DNA from: Naegleria gruberi
Lineage: Eukaryota
DNA: 64,000 nucleotides
Assembly: GCA_000004985.1 (NCBI GenBank)
Contig: GG738914.1
Direction: 5' to 3' (one strand)
In this document: piece by piece, positions 42,476 through 53,325 of the stretch
Layout of the letters: every line of letters starts with the position of its first letter
How positions within the stretch are numbered: position 1 is the first letter of the stretch
The notes under the pieces: generated by a model
Database searches by the model: none
The model's input: only the letters and a program-made list of their open reading frames with translations
What the model was told of the DNA's origin: nothing
Program-made: the position numbers and the translations under genes

Positions 42476-45400
42476 ATGACTCAACAAGTTAGTACAACCA
42501 ACATGTTGCGTTTAGTCTTGTTTCTACTCTCATTGATGTGTTGTTTGTCCACCATAACACATGCCACAACCATCAATGGTTACACTTTGGATTTGTTCAT
42601 TGGTGGTAATTTTACGAGTGGATTGAAAGTTGCCGAAACTTCACCAACCTTCTCAACCAACAACTTTGAATATCGACTCGTCTATCTGGATAAGAGAAAC
42701 GGTGATTTGTACTATTCTGTTTCAGGAAAGGTTATTCGAAAGCTCGATAAGAATGGAATTGTAACCAATGTGGCAGGAAGCATGAGAAATAATGGTAATT
42801 ATGAAGATATAGCCACCATTCAAGATTATTACTATGCCTTGGACAGAGAATTGATAGATATTGGTGGTTTAATTATTGACACCAAGTCAAATGATATTTA
42901 CTATTTAAATAATGGAATTTATATGGAAAGAATTCGAAACTCTGATAAGAAATCGATTATTGCAGTTGGTTATGGCACCAATAACGAACTTCCCTCTGAA
43001 GGATTGGGAAATCAAATCAATTTTGCTTACAATTATCCTTCTTACAATAATTACGTTCGTGGACTTGCCATAAATGGTAAGAATGAAATATTTATTGTCC
43101 AAAGAAGTTCAATTTCCAAATATAATATTGGAAATTATAGCGTTACTAATATTTTGACAGATTTTGAACCTGGCACTTATTCACAAATTGTTCTTTCCAA
43201 AGACGAAACTTTTTTGTTTGCCAAAAATGGTGAAGCAATTGATAAGATTTCCATGAATGGACAAGTGACATTTGGTTATACTAGTATTTCTAATTTAATG
43301 AGTATTGATACTGTTGATAATGAACTCTACATGTTAACTTTAACTGGTGTTTACGTTTTCAGAAACAATTCGAATCAACTTATTGCTGCCGGAAGTTCAG
43401 GAAGTTTCGTCGATGGCATGAATTCTACCAATTTACTAATTAATTATGGTACTACCATGCTTGTTGATGATAATAAGGATATTTACTTGACTGATTTGTA
43501 TAGTTCTGTAATTCTCAAGATTGACCATGCTAGTCAATTGGTCACAAATTTGTTAGCTGTTGAAATTCCAACATCTAGTGAAACAGTTTATTCAGCAAAG
43601 AATTTTACTAGTAGAGGTATTTCACATGCAGTTCATAATAAGGTCAATGGTTTCGTATACATGTGTGATTCGAATGGAAATGTATTCGAATATGACAATA
43701 ATTTAGTTTCTCAAAAAGTAACTGGTTATTCCTGTATTGATATTGCTGTAAATTCCCTCGGAGAAGTATACTTCCTTTCTAATTACTTTATTTATCAATT
43801 ATTAAGCAATGGAACTGTTATTACCTTTGCAGGAGATGGAACTTGGGGTGTTCCTATAAATGGAACTTATCTTGACCAAAACCCAGTTGCAGCAGTTAGA
43901 TTTGGTTTCTATTCGAATAATGACATGTTTCTTCAATCCAGTTATTACATTTTCAGAGTTGACCACACAACCAAATTTGTCCAAAAAATTTATTCCTCAA
44001 CCAATAGTGAATTAAGAATTACAATCATCGATCCAGACACTGACAACTTGTACACTTCTGAAGGATCGTCAATTAGTTTAGTTTATCCTAATGGAATTGC
44101 CGAAATAGTTGCTGGAATTAACTCTCAACCAGCAGTTCGTTCATTCAAGAGAAAGATTAGTTTATCCGATGTAGGAGAAGATGCATTCGCCAATTACATT
44201 AATCCAACTGGTATGTCCATTGGAGCCGATGGAAAATTATACATTTCCTATCAATATATGGTTAAGAGACTTGAGAATGGATTGTTATGGACACAGCAAT
44301 TTGTGGACACACAACAAGGACCTATGAGTGCTGCCTTTATTAGTGATGTGGTCATTTTGGGAAGATTTGGAGATGCAATCATGTTGACGAATCCAAATGG
44401 AAATATTTATTTATTGAATCCAGTTTCTAGTTTTACCTGTTTTGGTAATTTACCTTCTTCATCAAGTGTTTGTTCAGGTTACGGTTCATGTGTTGGTCCA
44501 AATCGATGCAACTGTCAAAATACCAACTTTGGTTTCGAATGTGAATATTCCACTTGTTTCGACGTTTCAGGATTCGACTATCAAACTGTTTGTGGAGGTG
44601 TCGGTAAATGTTCCATACAAGATCAATGCTCATGTCCATCTGGATACACTGGCACCACCTGTTCCACACCACTTTACAATATCTGTTATGGAATTTCCTC
44701 AAATTCGTCGAATGTTTGTTCTGGAAAGGGAAGTTGCGTTTCGACTGATTCCTGTAAATGCAATGCTGGAAGAGTTGGAAGTTATTGTCAGTATGAGTTT
44801 TGTGCAAGTACTTGGAATGCAAATTCTGAAACCTTGACATGTGCTGTTCCATCCTCGAGTTCTGTTGAGGTCAATCAGGAAATTGTGGCTGTCAATCAAT
44901 TAAGTTCAAAGGTTTTGAGGTTTAGTAGAACTCCATCAGTTTCTATAACGTTCCCATCTGATTTTTATTCGTATGTGTTAAAGACTTATCCTGAAATTGG
45001 TGATCAGTTGACAGTTGTTTCTTCCATTTATGATCCAACACTTGACACTTCTCAAGAATTGCTTGTAGTGAGTTCGACTGCTTCAGTTTCTGTCTTTAAA
45101 AATACTTCAGATATTCTCCCAGTCTATAATCTTCCAAATCCAATTGTCATTCAATTCAACAGCATCAAAATTGACAAGACAGGTGGCAGTTTCAACTATT
45201 CCTGTATGTATTATGACACTGCATCAAATTCTTGGAGCAGTAGTGGAATTAAGAGTACCATCACATCCTCACAACTTTCCTCTACTTATTACACATTCTC
45301 ACTCAAGTGTGAAACCTATCACTTGACATCTTTCTCAGTAATTGACATGAATTATAAAAAGACAAGTCGAGATGACACATTACAATTAGGAGGATTGACT

Positions 45401-45538
45401 ACTGGTGGAATCATTGCACTTGCTGTTACATTGGGAGGTGCTGGTTTGATTTGTATTGTGGTTGGAATAATCGTGGCTGCCATTATTGGCGTTTGTATGT
45501 GGACGAAACATAACAAGAAGAAGAATATGGCCAATTAG
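42476..45538 (+). CDS. Type-I membrane glycoprotein (1020 aa): signal peptide, large extracellular region, tenascin-type EGF-like repeats, one C-terminal transmembrane helix.
   Basis: N-terminal hydrophobic signal (MLRLVLFLLSLMCCLSTITHA). EGF-like CxCxxGxxGxxC units (CSGYGSCVGPNRCNCQNTNFGFECEYSTC; CSGKGSCVSTDSCKCNAGRVGSYCQYEFC). TM segment GIIALAVTLGGAGLICIVVGIIVAAIIGVCMW with a short basic tail. Confidence 0.7.
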   Translation: MTQQVSTTNMLRLVLFLLSLMCCLSTITHATTINGYTLDLFIGGNFTSGLKVAETSPTFSTNNFEYRLVYLDKRNGDLYYSVSGKVIRKLDKNGIVTNVAGSMRNNGNYEDIATIQDYYYALDRELIDIGGLIIDTKSNDIYYLNNGIYMERIRNSDKKSIIAVGYGTNNELPSEGLGNQINFAYNYPSYNNYVRGLAINGKNEIFIVQRSSISKYNIGNYSVTNILTDFEPGTYSQIVLSKDETFLFAKNGEAIDKISMNGQVTFGYTSISNLMSIDTVDNELYMLTLTGVYVFRNNSNQLIAAGSSGSFVDGMNSTNLLINYGTTMLVDDNKDIYLTDLYSSVILKIDHASQLVTNLLAVEIPTSSETVYSAKNFTSRGISHAVHNKVNGFVYMCDSNGNVFEYDNNLVSQKVTGYSCIDIAVNSLGEVYFLSNYFIYQLLSNGTVITFAGDGTWGVPINGTYLDQNPVAAVRFGFYSNNDMFLQSSYYIFRVDHTTKFVQKIYSSTNSELRITIIDPDTDNLYTSEGSSISLVYPNGIAEIVAGINSQPAVRSFKRKISLSDVGEDAFANYINPTGMSIGADGKLYISYQYMVKRLENGLLWTQQFVDTQQGPMSAAFISDVVILGRFGDAIMLTNPNGNIYLLNPVSSFTCFGNLPSSSSVCSGYGSCVGPNRCNCQNTNFGFECEYSTCFDVSGFDYQTVCGGVGKCSIQDQCSCPSGYTGTTCSTPLYNICYGISSNSSNVCSGKGSCVSTDSCKCNAGRVGSYCQYEFCASTWNANSETLTCAVPSSSSVEVNQEIVAVNQLSSKVLRFSRTPSVSITFPSDFYSYVLKTYPEIGDQLTVVSSIYDPTLDTSQELLVVSSTASVSVFKNTSDILPVYNLPNPIVIQFNSIKIDKTGGSFNYSCMYYDTASNSWSSSGIKSTITSSQLSSTYYTFSLKCETYHLTSFSVIDMNYKKTSRDDTLQLGGLTTGGIIALAVTLGGAGLICIVVGIIVAAIIGVCMWTKHNKKKNMAN

Positions 45539-45751
45539 AATTAGTTAACATATTTCCATTATTGAACAATAAACCTATCGCTCTATTTTTTCACAGAGCC
45601 TTATAAATTCTTAGATATAAATCAATTAAAAAACATCATTGTGAAATTAATCAATTTGAAAGCAATTTGTATGTGAACCAATTATTTTGTTCAAGTAAAA
45701 AGTTGATTGCTCAACTCATAGAGTTGGAGCATTGAAATACGGAAGAGCTTC

Positions 45752-46900
45752 TCATTCAATTGGTTCTTCCTCGCTGTCACTAAATGTATCAGCATTTTCT
45801 TGATATTCCTCATCATCATCCTCATCATCCTCTTCCTCACTACTAGATCCAAAATCTGTCGAGCCCACTTCACGAACCACCAATCTAACTTTTCCAACAA
45901 ACGGTACCCATCCAAGACTAAATCTTCTGAACATGGTACCATTCTTTCCGAAGCAACATTGTAAAAATTCATATAACAAAGAGAGCTTGACATCTGTAAG
46001 ATCCTTCTCTGGAATTTTACCTTCCTTCACCAGTACTTCATCAACATTTTTGGAGAAGAGTAATTCTTGTAGAGTTGCTAACATTTCCTTATCGAACTTA
46101 TCGGTGGCATCTCCATGACTCAATTGATGCATGAACACATGTTTTCCAAACACATCCAATTTCTCCTTAATAGATCCATGACTCATACTAAAATATTCAC
46201 TCTTAAAGAAGAGTGGATATCCAAAACTAGTAAATAAACAAAGATTAATCTCTGTCGAATTTGCAGTAGTTGCTATCAAGAACAAATCCTTCACATTTCC
46301 AAAAATCTTCAATAAAACCTTCTCTGAAATGATAAAATCCTTAGAACGAGTCATGATTCTCTGTGGCTCCTCACTCGTGAAATAATTAAACGATTTCAAT
46401 AAGTAACTTTCCAATTGTAAGGTCATCAATTCCTCCTGAGCAGTTTCCAACACATGAACCGTTCCCTTATGAAACTCTTTCAATCTCTCAATAACATCCC
46501 ACTTGATAGACTCTGAATCATATGCACTACACATTTCAAAATAAATCCACAACACTTCCCTCATTGATTTTGCAATTCTATTCATTCCCAATTTTTCATT
46601 AGCCTCATCGTCATCATCATCGTGATGAATTTTTCTCTTCTTTTTTCTAGGCTTTAATAACGAACGTGAATTATTATACATCATCAGACATGCCTTTTCT
46701 AATTGTTCTACCTGTTCCGAAGAGAGTTTGAATAAATTGATGAGAAATTGCTTGGCGAATTCTTCCGATGAGCAAACGAGAGAAAATTTGCTCGAGATGA
46801 GGAAAGGCTTGCTAATTCGCCAATCCTTCGGAGGTAAGAAGAGTAGAATGGAATTGCAAATAATTTCATCGAAGAGAGTATTATTGTTGTTGTTGGACAT
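45752..46900 (-). CDS. Hypothetical protein (382 aa) with a basic KKKRK stretch and a highly acidic Asp/Glu-rich C-terminal tail.
   Basis: Single ORF with ATG in an aaaaaaATG context. It looks like a nuclear or nucleolar protein, but no specific family could be assigned. Confidence 0.5.
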   Translation of the reverse strand: MSNNNNNTLFDEIICNSILLFLPPKDWRISKPFLISSKFSLVCSSEEFAKQFLINLFKLSSEQVEQLEKACLMMYNNSRSLLKPRKKKRKIHHDDDDDEANEKLGMNRIAKSMREVLWIYFEMCSAYDSESIKWDVIERLKEFHKGTVHVLETAQEELMTLQLESYLLKSFNYFTSEEPQRIMTRSKDFIISEKVLLKIFGNVKDLFLIATTANSTEINLCLFTSFGYPLFFKSEYFSMSHGSIKEKLDVFGKHVFMHQLSHGDATDKFDKEMLATLQELLFSKNVDEVLVKEGKIPEKDLTDVKLSLLYEFLQCCFGKNGTMFRRFSLGWVPFVGKVRLVVREVGSTDFGSSSEEEDDEDDDEEYQENADTFSDSEEEPIE

Positions 46901-47324
46901 TTTTTTTTAGTATTAAAACTTTTAAAAGTTAAATGTAATTGGTTAATATTTTAAATATTAAATAATGTTAAATGTTAATGTATGTTTCAATATGAAATTT
47001 TCTGAAAATGATAGTAATTCGCTAATTGCACTAATGCCTTTTTAAAGATGAGCGTACAATAATATTTTAATATTGTAAAGTGGTGCATTCCTGAAAATCT
47101 AACATTGATTTTAGAAATATTAACCAATTAGGTAGCGATTCACAACATTCCTAAAATCCTTACAAAATCCATGATCTAACCGGCTATTATGAAACTCCTA
47201 AAGAAAATGAGCGAAATTGCACTTTAAATTTCCAAATAAATTGCACCTAATCATTTCACACCAATTCGTTTGTAACACAAAAAAAACAATTAATCGATTA
47301 TCCGTGTGTGTGTTGTGGTGGAAA

Positions 47325-48128
47325 ATGAAAGCTGTTCGTTGTGTGAATGTTTGTTGCTTGCTCTTGTTAGCAATTGTCTCTGCTATGATGTTATTAGAAA
47401 CTAGTGTTGGAAAGGATGTCAAGTTTTGCATGCCTCCACAAGCTACCTTCTGGGAGACTACCAAGGATGCTAGCTATATCATGAAGGAATTCAAAAATAA
47501 TGATCAGGTTATCAAGAACCAATACAATGTCAAGACTTCACAACAACGTCAAGATTTTATCGTAAAAGGAAATGTTGTAAAAAGTGAAATTTCCATTCAA
47601 AATCCAATGAATAATGATACCATCGTGTATACTCTGACCAGTGACAATGGTGATTGTTCTTGCATGAATTTTGGTCCATCTGATTCCAGTGTTTTTGTAC
47701 AATGTCACACTTTACCAATTTTGGAAAAGGGTAGTATAGCTGGAATTAATGCATTGAAAATTGGTTACAATCAAAGTGATTTGTATCCAACATGGACTGA
47801 AATTAATTATTATTGGGTTGTTCCTGCTAAGGAAAGTGGATATTGGTGGTTTTTGAGTAGAACTAGTTATGTCATTGATGATTCGAATAATGTTCAATTG
47901 GGAACTACTACTTATTATAATCAAGAAGATAAGGCTGATCCTTATGCATTCTATCTTCCAAAGTATTGTCCTCATTACTCACAATGTACCAATCCAAGAA
48001 AAAATAAACTGTTTTTGAATGACTTCCATATTTGGCAGTTTACTTGTCAATCACAAGATGAATTAAATTTTGCATTTGATTTAGAAATTTCTGTCCTTCA
48101 TCAGTTATACCATTTGAATAAACATTAA
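47325..48128 (+). CDS. Secreted Cys-containing hypothetical protein. The 3' end is uncertain because it overlaps the minus-strand LRR gene.
   Basis: ATG at 47325 (ggaaaATGAAA) followed by a signal-peptide-like MKAVRCVNVCCLLLLAIVSAMMLLETSVG. The last ~30 codons (48040..48128) overlap the 3' coding end of the LRR gene on the other strand, so the true terminus may lie earlier or be spliced. Confidence 0.45.
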   Translation: MKAVRCVNVCCLLLLAIVSAMMLLETSVGKDVKFCMPPQATFWETTKDASYIMKEFKNNDQVIKNQYNVKTSQQRQDFIVKGNVVKSEISIQNPMNNDTIVYTLTSDNGDCSCMNFGPSDSSVFVQCHTLPILEKGSIAGINALKIGYNQSDLYPTWTEINYYWVVPAKESGYWWFLSRTSYVIDDSNNVQLGTTTYYNQEDKADPYAFYLPKYCPHYSQCTNPRKNKLFLNDFHIWQFTCQSQDELNFAFDLEISVLHQLYHLNKH

Positions 48129-49264
48129 GATCAGTCAAACTATTCAATTGACTAATGAAATTTGCTCCCTGATCACGAATGCAGTTATTACCAATGTTAA
48201 GCGTAGTCAATCTATCCAATCCACTAATGTGTTCAGCTCCTTTTTGTCCAATATTATTTCCACAAATAGTAAGGTTGGTCAACTGTTTCATTTCACTAAT
48301 ATATTGAGCGCCTTCATCGCCTAATTTGTTATATCCAATACCAAGAGTAGTCAATTGCTTGAGTACACATAAATGTTTTGCACCTTCTTCACTAATATTA
48401 GATGTGTAAATATAAAGATTTGTGAGTTTGGACATTTCGCTAATATATTTAGCTCCTTCATCACCAACTTTTGTGTTATTAATAGAGATAGGTTAATTGT
48501 TTCAAAGAGTGAATGTGTTTAGCACCTTCAACTCCAATATCATTGTTACTAATGTTGAGACTAGTCAATTGATTCATTCTACCAATGTATTGAGCTCCTA
48601 TATGACCAATATTATTCGAAAGGATGAGCAGTGTGGTTAACTGGTTGAGTTGACTAATAGATTTTGCTCCTTCATCTCCAATTTCATTTTCTGATATTTC
48701 GAGATATCTTAGTTGTTGCATATTACCGATATACTTGGCTCCCCCCATATCGATAGGATACAAATACCCACACATATCAAGATGAGTCAATTGATTCATT
48801 TTGCTAATGTATTTAGCACCTTCATTACCAAAATCATTGGCAGTAATATCAAGAATTCTTAATTTCTTCAGTTGACTAATGTGTTTTATATCTTCACTAC
48901 CAAGATTGTTATAATGAATATCAAGAACAGTCAACTGCTTCATCAATTCCAATATTTTACAATCAAATTTAAAAGATAAATCTCTATTTTCCACTTTTAA
49001 AGTTACAATATTTTGTAAAAATTGACCTTTCACCATTCTATCATTCCTACATATTACCGAAAGTTTACATCTTTCTCTAACAATTTTCAACCACTGTTTT
49101 GAAACTAGTGCACAACTCATTGCAATAAATTTAAAATCATCGGAATGAAAAGATAAAATCTCTCCGAGTATATCATCATCAATAACATGATGAGAATTAT
49201 TCATTGTATTGAGTGTCGATACCTCTGCAGCAGCAGAAGGGTTGCTTGTTTGTTGTTGGCCCAT
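48040..49264 (-). CDS. F-box-like + leucine-rich-repeat (ribonuclease-inhibitor-type) protein with an apparent frameshift near 48479..48495.
   Basis: N-terminal MGQQQTS..., then an F-box-like DDILGEILSFHSDDFKFIAMSCALVSKQWLKIV, then ~24-aa LRRs (QLTxLxISxNxIGDEGAKxIS). ORF 48479..49264 ends ...AKHIHSLKQLTYLY*. The next repeat continues in the +1 frame (ISINNTKVGDEGAKYISEMSKLTNLYI...), which is ORF 48040..48435. There is no space for an intron. Confidence 0.6.
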
Positions 49265-49368
49265 TTTTTTAAAATTCTATTTTTGAAAAACTTTTATTAA
49301 GGAAGGAAATTTTGTTTGAATTTGAATGTAATTTATATTAGAAATTTTGGAAATGGGCCCATAGTTGA

Positions 49369-50663
49369 CTAATGGTTTAAGCAAACTGTCTTGATATATT
49401 TCCCAGAATAGGTAATATTTGGTCGTCTCAACATTTGAGCTGTACTTCCAACCACATGCAAATAATAATTCATATAACATTGAATTACTGACAATGCTCC
49501 ACAATCAGAAGGATCTACCGAAATGGAAATTTCAAATAAGAGAGATCCTTTTTGTAAGTTTTCAGGGCTCACATAGAATTGAACCCAAGGATTCAAATAG
49601 CTTGTATCAATTCCTGATTTGGCAATTACTTTTCTACTCTTCTTTTCAGTAATTTGAATCTTGAAATTCTTGGCATAAATATCTGGAACTACCAATACGG
49701 AAACATATTGAGGTTCTGTAACGTTAACAACATAAACGTCTGCGTTAAGTGAGCCAGTTGTTGTAACCATAAAACTGGTATCCAATTGACCAAGAGAACT
49801 TAATTGCATCGCTCTATTTTTTGTGTAATCTTCATAGAGTGGCCATCTCACATTCGTTTTATCATCCCATGCAACAGTGACAAATCTCTGAATAACTCCC
49901 TTTGAATCTACATAATCTCCATTTTCATTCCTAGTAAACCCATGAATTCCAATTGGTCCCAATGGCCCTAATCCACCCAGAGGGCCCAAAGGACCTAGAG
50001 GACCCATAATTGACCAAACTCCCAATCCTTGCATGTGTTTAGTAAAATCATTAATCAATGGCATTAAATTATAGAAAGAATCACCTAGAGGCCCATCAGC
50101 AGACAATGGATTTTCCGAATTATAAATAAGAGGATTATATTCCTTATAGTATGGACCTAGCAAGATTTCCAAATATTCCTGAAAGAGAGCATAAGCTCCA
50201 CTAGGACTAGGTACTTCATGACTCAATGGTCTATCAATTGGTTCGATATTCTCATTCAAAAACAACTTACCCTAATGTTCCCAGAGGTCCATACGCAGCT
50301 ATTGGTCTATGTCCCCATTTGTGAGAATTATTTAACAATCATTCACACTTACCCATTCCATCCCAAACAACTCGAAGGTGTAATATACAAATCACAATCA
50401 GGTGCAGCTGGACAATTTCTAGGATAAGGCACCACACCAGACCCCACAAACGTATCATCCAATCCAAATATCGTGTCAGAACTAGTATATCTGTAGCAGT
50501 TTGGAGAATTTGTTTGTATCTTGCCAGATACGAGCGAGAGAGCATCCACTACCACTACTACTTGATTGTTACTGATCAGTAGCAGTACAAGCAGTAGTAG
50601 TTGTGTGATCAATAATGAGGTGTTGTTGAATTTTTGGTGGGTTGTGACCTTGTTTTGTTGCAT
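49369..50663 (-). CDS. Secreted protein with short collagen-like Gly-X-Y runs. Three exons: 50663..50353, 50306..50271 and 50230..49369.
   Basis: Exon 1 has a signal peptide (LLITQLLLLVLLLISNN) and Cys-containing region ending ...CLGWN + GG|GTAAGT. A 36-nt mini-exon (A CCA ATA GCT GCG TAT GGA CCT CTG GGA ACA TTA GG) encodes GPIAAYGPLGTLG and is flanked by the AG acceptor and a GTAAGT donor. Exon 3 begins A CCA TTG... and contains IMGPLGPLGPLGGLGPLGPIGIHG followed by a ~200-aa C-terminal globular region. Phases agree (phase 2 / 1-nt carry). Introns are only 46 and 40 nt; skipping the mini-exon is also frame-compatible. Confidence 0.5.
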
Positions 50664-50982
50664 TTTTTTTGCTTGTAGAAAAACGCGAAAAGATTACAAT
50701 TTATTTTCGCGTTTTTCATTTGGAAATTGTGCGAATGGTAGTATCACCAAATGTTAATGTTGAACGCATTCGGAGCATTTTCCTACGTGGATATTTGTTT
50801 TAAGATGATGATGAGGAGAATGAATAGTTTTTAATGGTGATCGATTTATTACTTCCTTTATAGCTTCCTTTTGAATATTAATTAAATTATTTTTCAATAT
50901 TGTTTGTGATGCAAATTGATATCATCCTAGAAATTGCATTGTAATTAAAATTTTATTTATTAATTTTCAAATTAAAAAAATT

Positions 50983-53271
50983 ATGAAGAATGAATTTTCC
51001 AGGGAGTATGACTTGTTATTGTTCATAGAGGAGGCAATTGAAGCGAAAATTATTCTTCCTTCATCATTATCATCAAATCATCATCAAAATCAACCGACAT
51101 CATCGACATCTTCCTCTCAAATTCTTCATGTTTACTTGTATGGATCCCGAGCCTACTTTCCATCTGATGAAGATCAACAACAACAGCAGCTCGGATCTAA
51201 CAGAGACTATGATACTGTTGTCATTGTTGAGAATTGTACCTTTATCAAATTGATGAATTATTGCAAAACTCTTCAACAAGAACCTTCTCATCATCACACA
51301 GAGGAAAATATTAAACTTGAAGAATTCCTACTCAATTCTAACAAGCAATACTACAAGATTCTGTACACTTTTATGAGGAATAACGTGGAAATATCCATGT
51401 CGATCTATTCGGAAAGGATTTTCCAGAGAATGATTCAGGATCACTCGATATTCATCTTGTTTTGTGTTCATAATAGGAATTCAATAGTAAAGTGGAAGGA
51501 AACTTGGAATGAACGAGTGGAGGGCTATAATTCCAATGATCTCTCCCTTTCCGAATGTTACTATAGGAAATACTTTCAGAAACACAAGTTTGTTCCATCT
51601 GTACTATCGGAAGTGAATAGAGCTTGGCAAAAGTTCTATAACAAGATTGTGAAAGATCATGATGAGAGTAAGGGAACTAAGTTGGTGGTGTACTGCTTTA
51701 GATTCTTGGCTTGGGCTACAGAATTATTGCAATATCATTGTGTGGATGAGTCAGTGTTTAGTGGAAATGAAATTTATTGGAATTTACAGCAAAATGTGTT
51801 GGATAAATTTGATAGACAGGATTATAAGGCCCTGTACAAGACTATCGATGAAGAGTATGGAGAAAAGTATAGTCTGACAGTAGATTCATTCACGAAATTG
51901 TCTGAATTTTCATCTCTCTATCCAAATATTAGTCTCACAAAATCCGAAACAACTGAAGTGATTATTAGTGATCCTTCAATGGTATTGAAAGAAATGAAGC
52001 AATTATTGGAAGGATTGAACAGCATTGAGGATCTGTATAGACTCTTTTCAATTTATTACAAAAATTCAGCACAAAGTCAAGGTATTGCATTGAGTGCTAC
52101 CGATATGAGTCCAAGGGATTATCCAATTATTAGCCTGTGCATTAACTCATCTGTAAATAATTCAATATTATTTGACACTGCTCAACATTCAATTCTCAAA
52201 GCAATACCATTTATTCCTAATATTAGAATAGAGATGAACGAAAGTGCTTGCAGAGAAGTGATGTTGAAGAATAGTCCTGGATCAACTTGGCATGAAATTT
52301 ATACCTCTCGAAATCATCAGAATTGCTTTTTAGTTTGGTGGAACTTTCAAAGTTCAAAGTGGTGCGTGAATGAAGCAACTAATTTAACATTGGCTTTGAG
52401 AATATTCATTAATTACCTACCATGTTTATTGAATAATGATCAATTTGAAAATTATTCAATAACTATACAACTAGAAAATTCGAATGATATTACTATAATA
52501 GGATTTAATTATTTGGAAAAATCTGGAAATTATAGACAACAACTGGTTACCAAATTTGAGGATTTTGCTCCAAATATTATTTTCTCTAAAGAGAATTTTA
52601 ATAGAGATGAATTTAATTTAACATTTAGAAAACCAATACTCAAAATTCAGCAACCTAGTGTAGCTTTAACATTTGATGGATACAGAACCTTTGTATTGAA
52701 TCACGATGAAATTCAAGATATTCTCCATGACAATCAAGTGGAAGTTATTGAAATATTTACCTATTCTTCTGATGTGGACACAAAGCCACTCTATACCTCC
52801 ATAACTACGCCTTCATATAATTGCCTTCGTAAAATGAAACAGGTAATTCTCGATAATGGAGATTGCACGCTCAGAGAAGTCTCACAACTACCAAAGCATA
52901 TAAAGGAATTGTGCTTGGAATTCACTCGTTGGAATTTAAATATTAACAAGTTATTGGAGGACATACAGCTTGAATTTTATGGAAATACAGTGGAGATGAT
53001 TTGTCAACAAATTGAATTATATAGTTCTTTAATTTCAAACCTTAGAGAAACTATTCAAAAGCTATCTAATATTTCGGAACCCAAACTTTTGGACAAGAAT
53101 ATAAAAGAAATTATCACCAGTAAGCAAACAGTTTCACTACTCAAGGCAATTCTATTCCGAGTTCAACAAAAATCCTCAGTGGGTGATATAATTATTAGAT
53201 GCATTAGAAATACATACCGTCAAAGATTATTAACACTGTTGGAAGAAGTTTCTAAAAAACCTCAACAGTAG
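50983..53271 (+). CDS. Large hypothetical protein (762 aa) with a possible N-terminal nucleotidyltransferase-fold (Pol-beta superfamily) motif.
   Basis: Single uninterrupted ORF. Residues ~50-85 read ILHVYLYGSRAYFPSDED(QQQQQLGSNR)DYDTVVIVEN. This resembles the GS-x(n)-[DE]h[DE]h catalytic signature of nucleotidyltransferases, with a poly-Q insertion. The rest of the protein is not recognisable. Confidence 0.5.
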   Translation: MKNEFSREYDLLLFIEEAIEAKIILPSSLSSNHHQNQPTSSTSSSQILHVYLYGSRAYFPSDEDQQQQQLGSNRDYDTVVIVENCTFIKLMNYCKTLQQEPSHHHTEENIKLEEFLLNSNKQYYKILYTFMRNNVEISMSIYSERIFQRMIQDHSIFILFCVHNRNSIVKWKETWNERVEGYNSNDLSLSECYYRKYFQKHKFVPSVLSEVNRAWQKFYNKIVKDHDESKGTKLVVYCFRFLAWATELLQYHCVDESVFSGNEIYWNLQQNVLDKFDRQDYKALYKTIDEEYGEKYSLTVDSFTKLSEFSSLYPNISLTKSETTEVIISDPSMVLKEMKQLLEGLNSIEDLYRLFSIYYKNSAQSQGIALSATDMSPRDYPIISLCINSSVNNSILFDTAQHSILKAIPFIPNIRIEMNESACREVMLKNSPGSTWHEIYTSRNHQNCFLVWWNFQSSKWCVNEATNLTLALRIFINYLPCLLNNDQFENYSITIQLENSNDITIIGFNYLEKSGNYRQQLVTKFEDFAPNIIFSKENFNRDEFNLTFRKPILKIQQPSVALTFDGYRTFVLNHDEIQDILHDNQVEVIEIFTYSSDVDTKPLYTSITTPSYNCLRKMKQVILDNGDCTLREVSQLPKHIKELCLEFTRWNLNINKLLEDIQLEFYGNTVEMICQQIELYSSLISNLRETIQKLSNISEPKLLDKNIKEIITSKQTVSLLKAILFRVQQKSSVGDIIIRCIRNTYRQRLLTLLEEVSKKPQQ

Positions 53272-53325
53272 CAGTAGATTTTCAACAATGAAGTACACCA
53301 AGGTTGATTATTAATAAGGAGCTAT

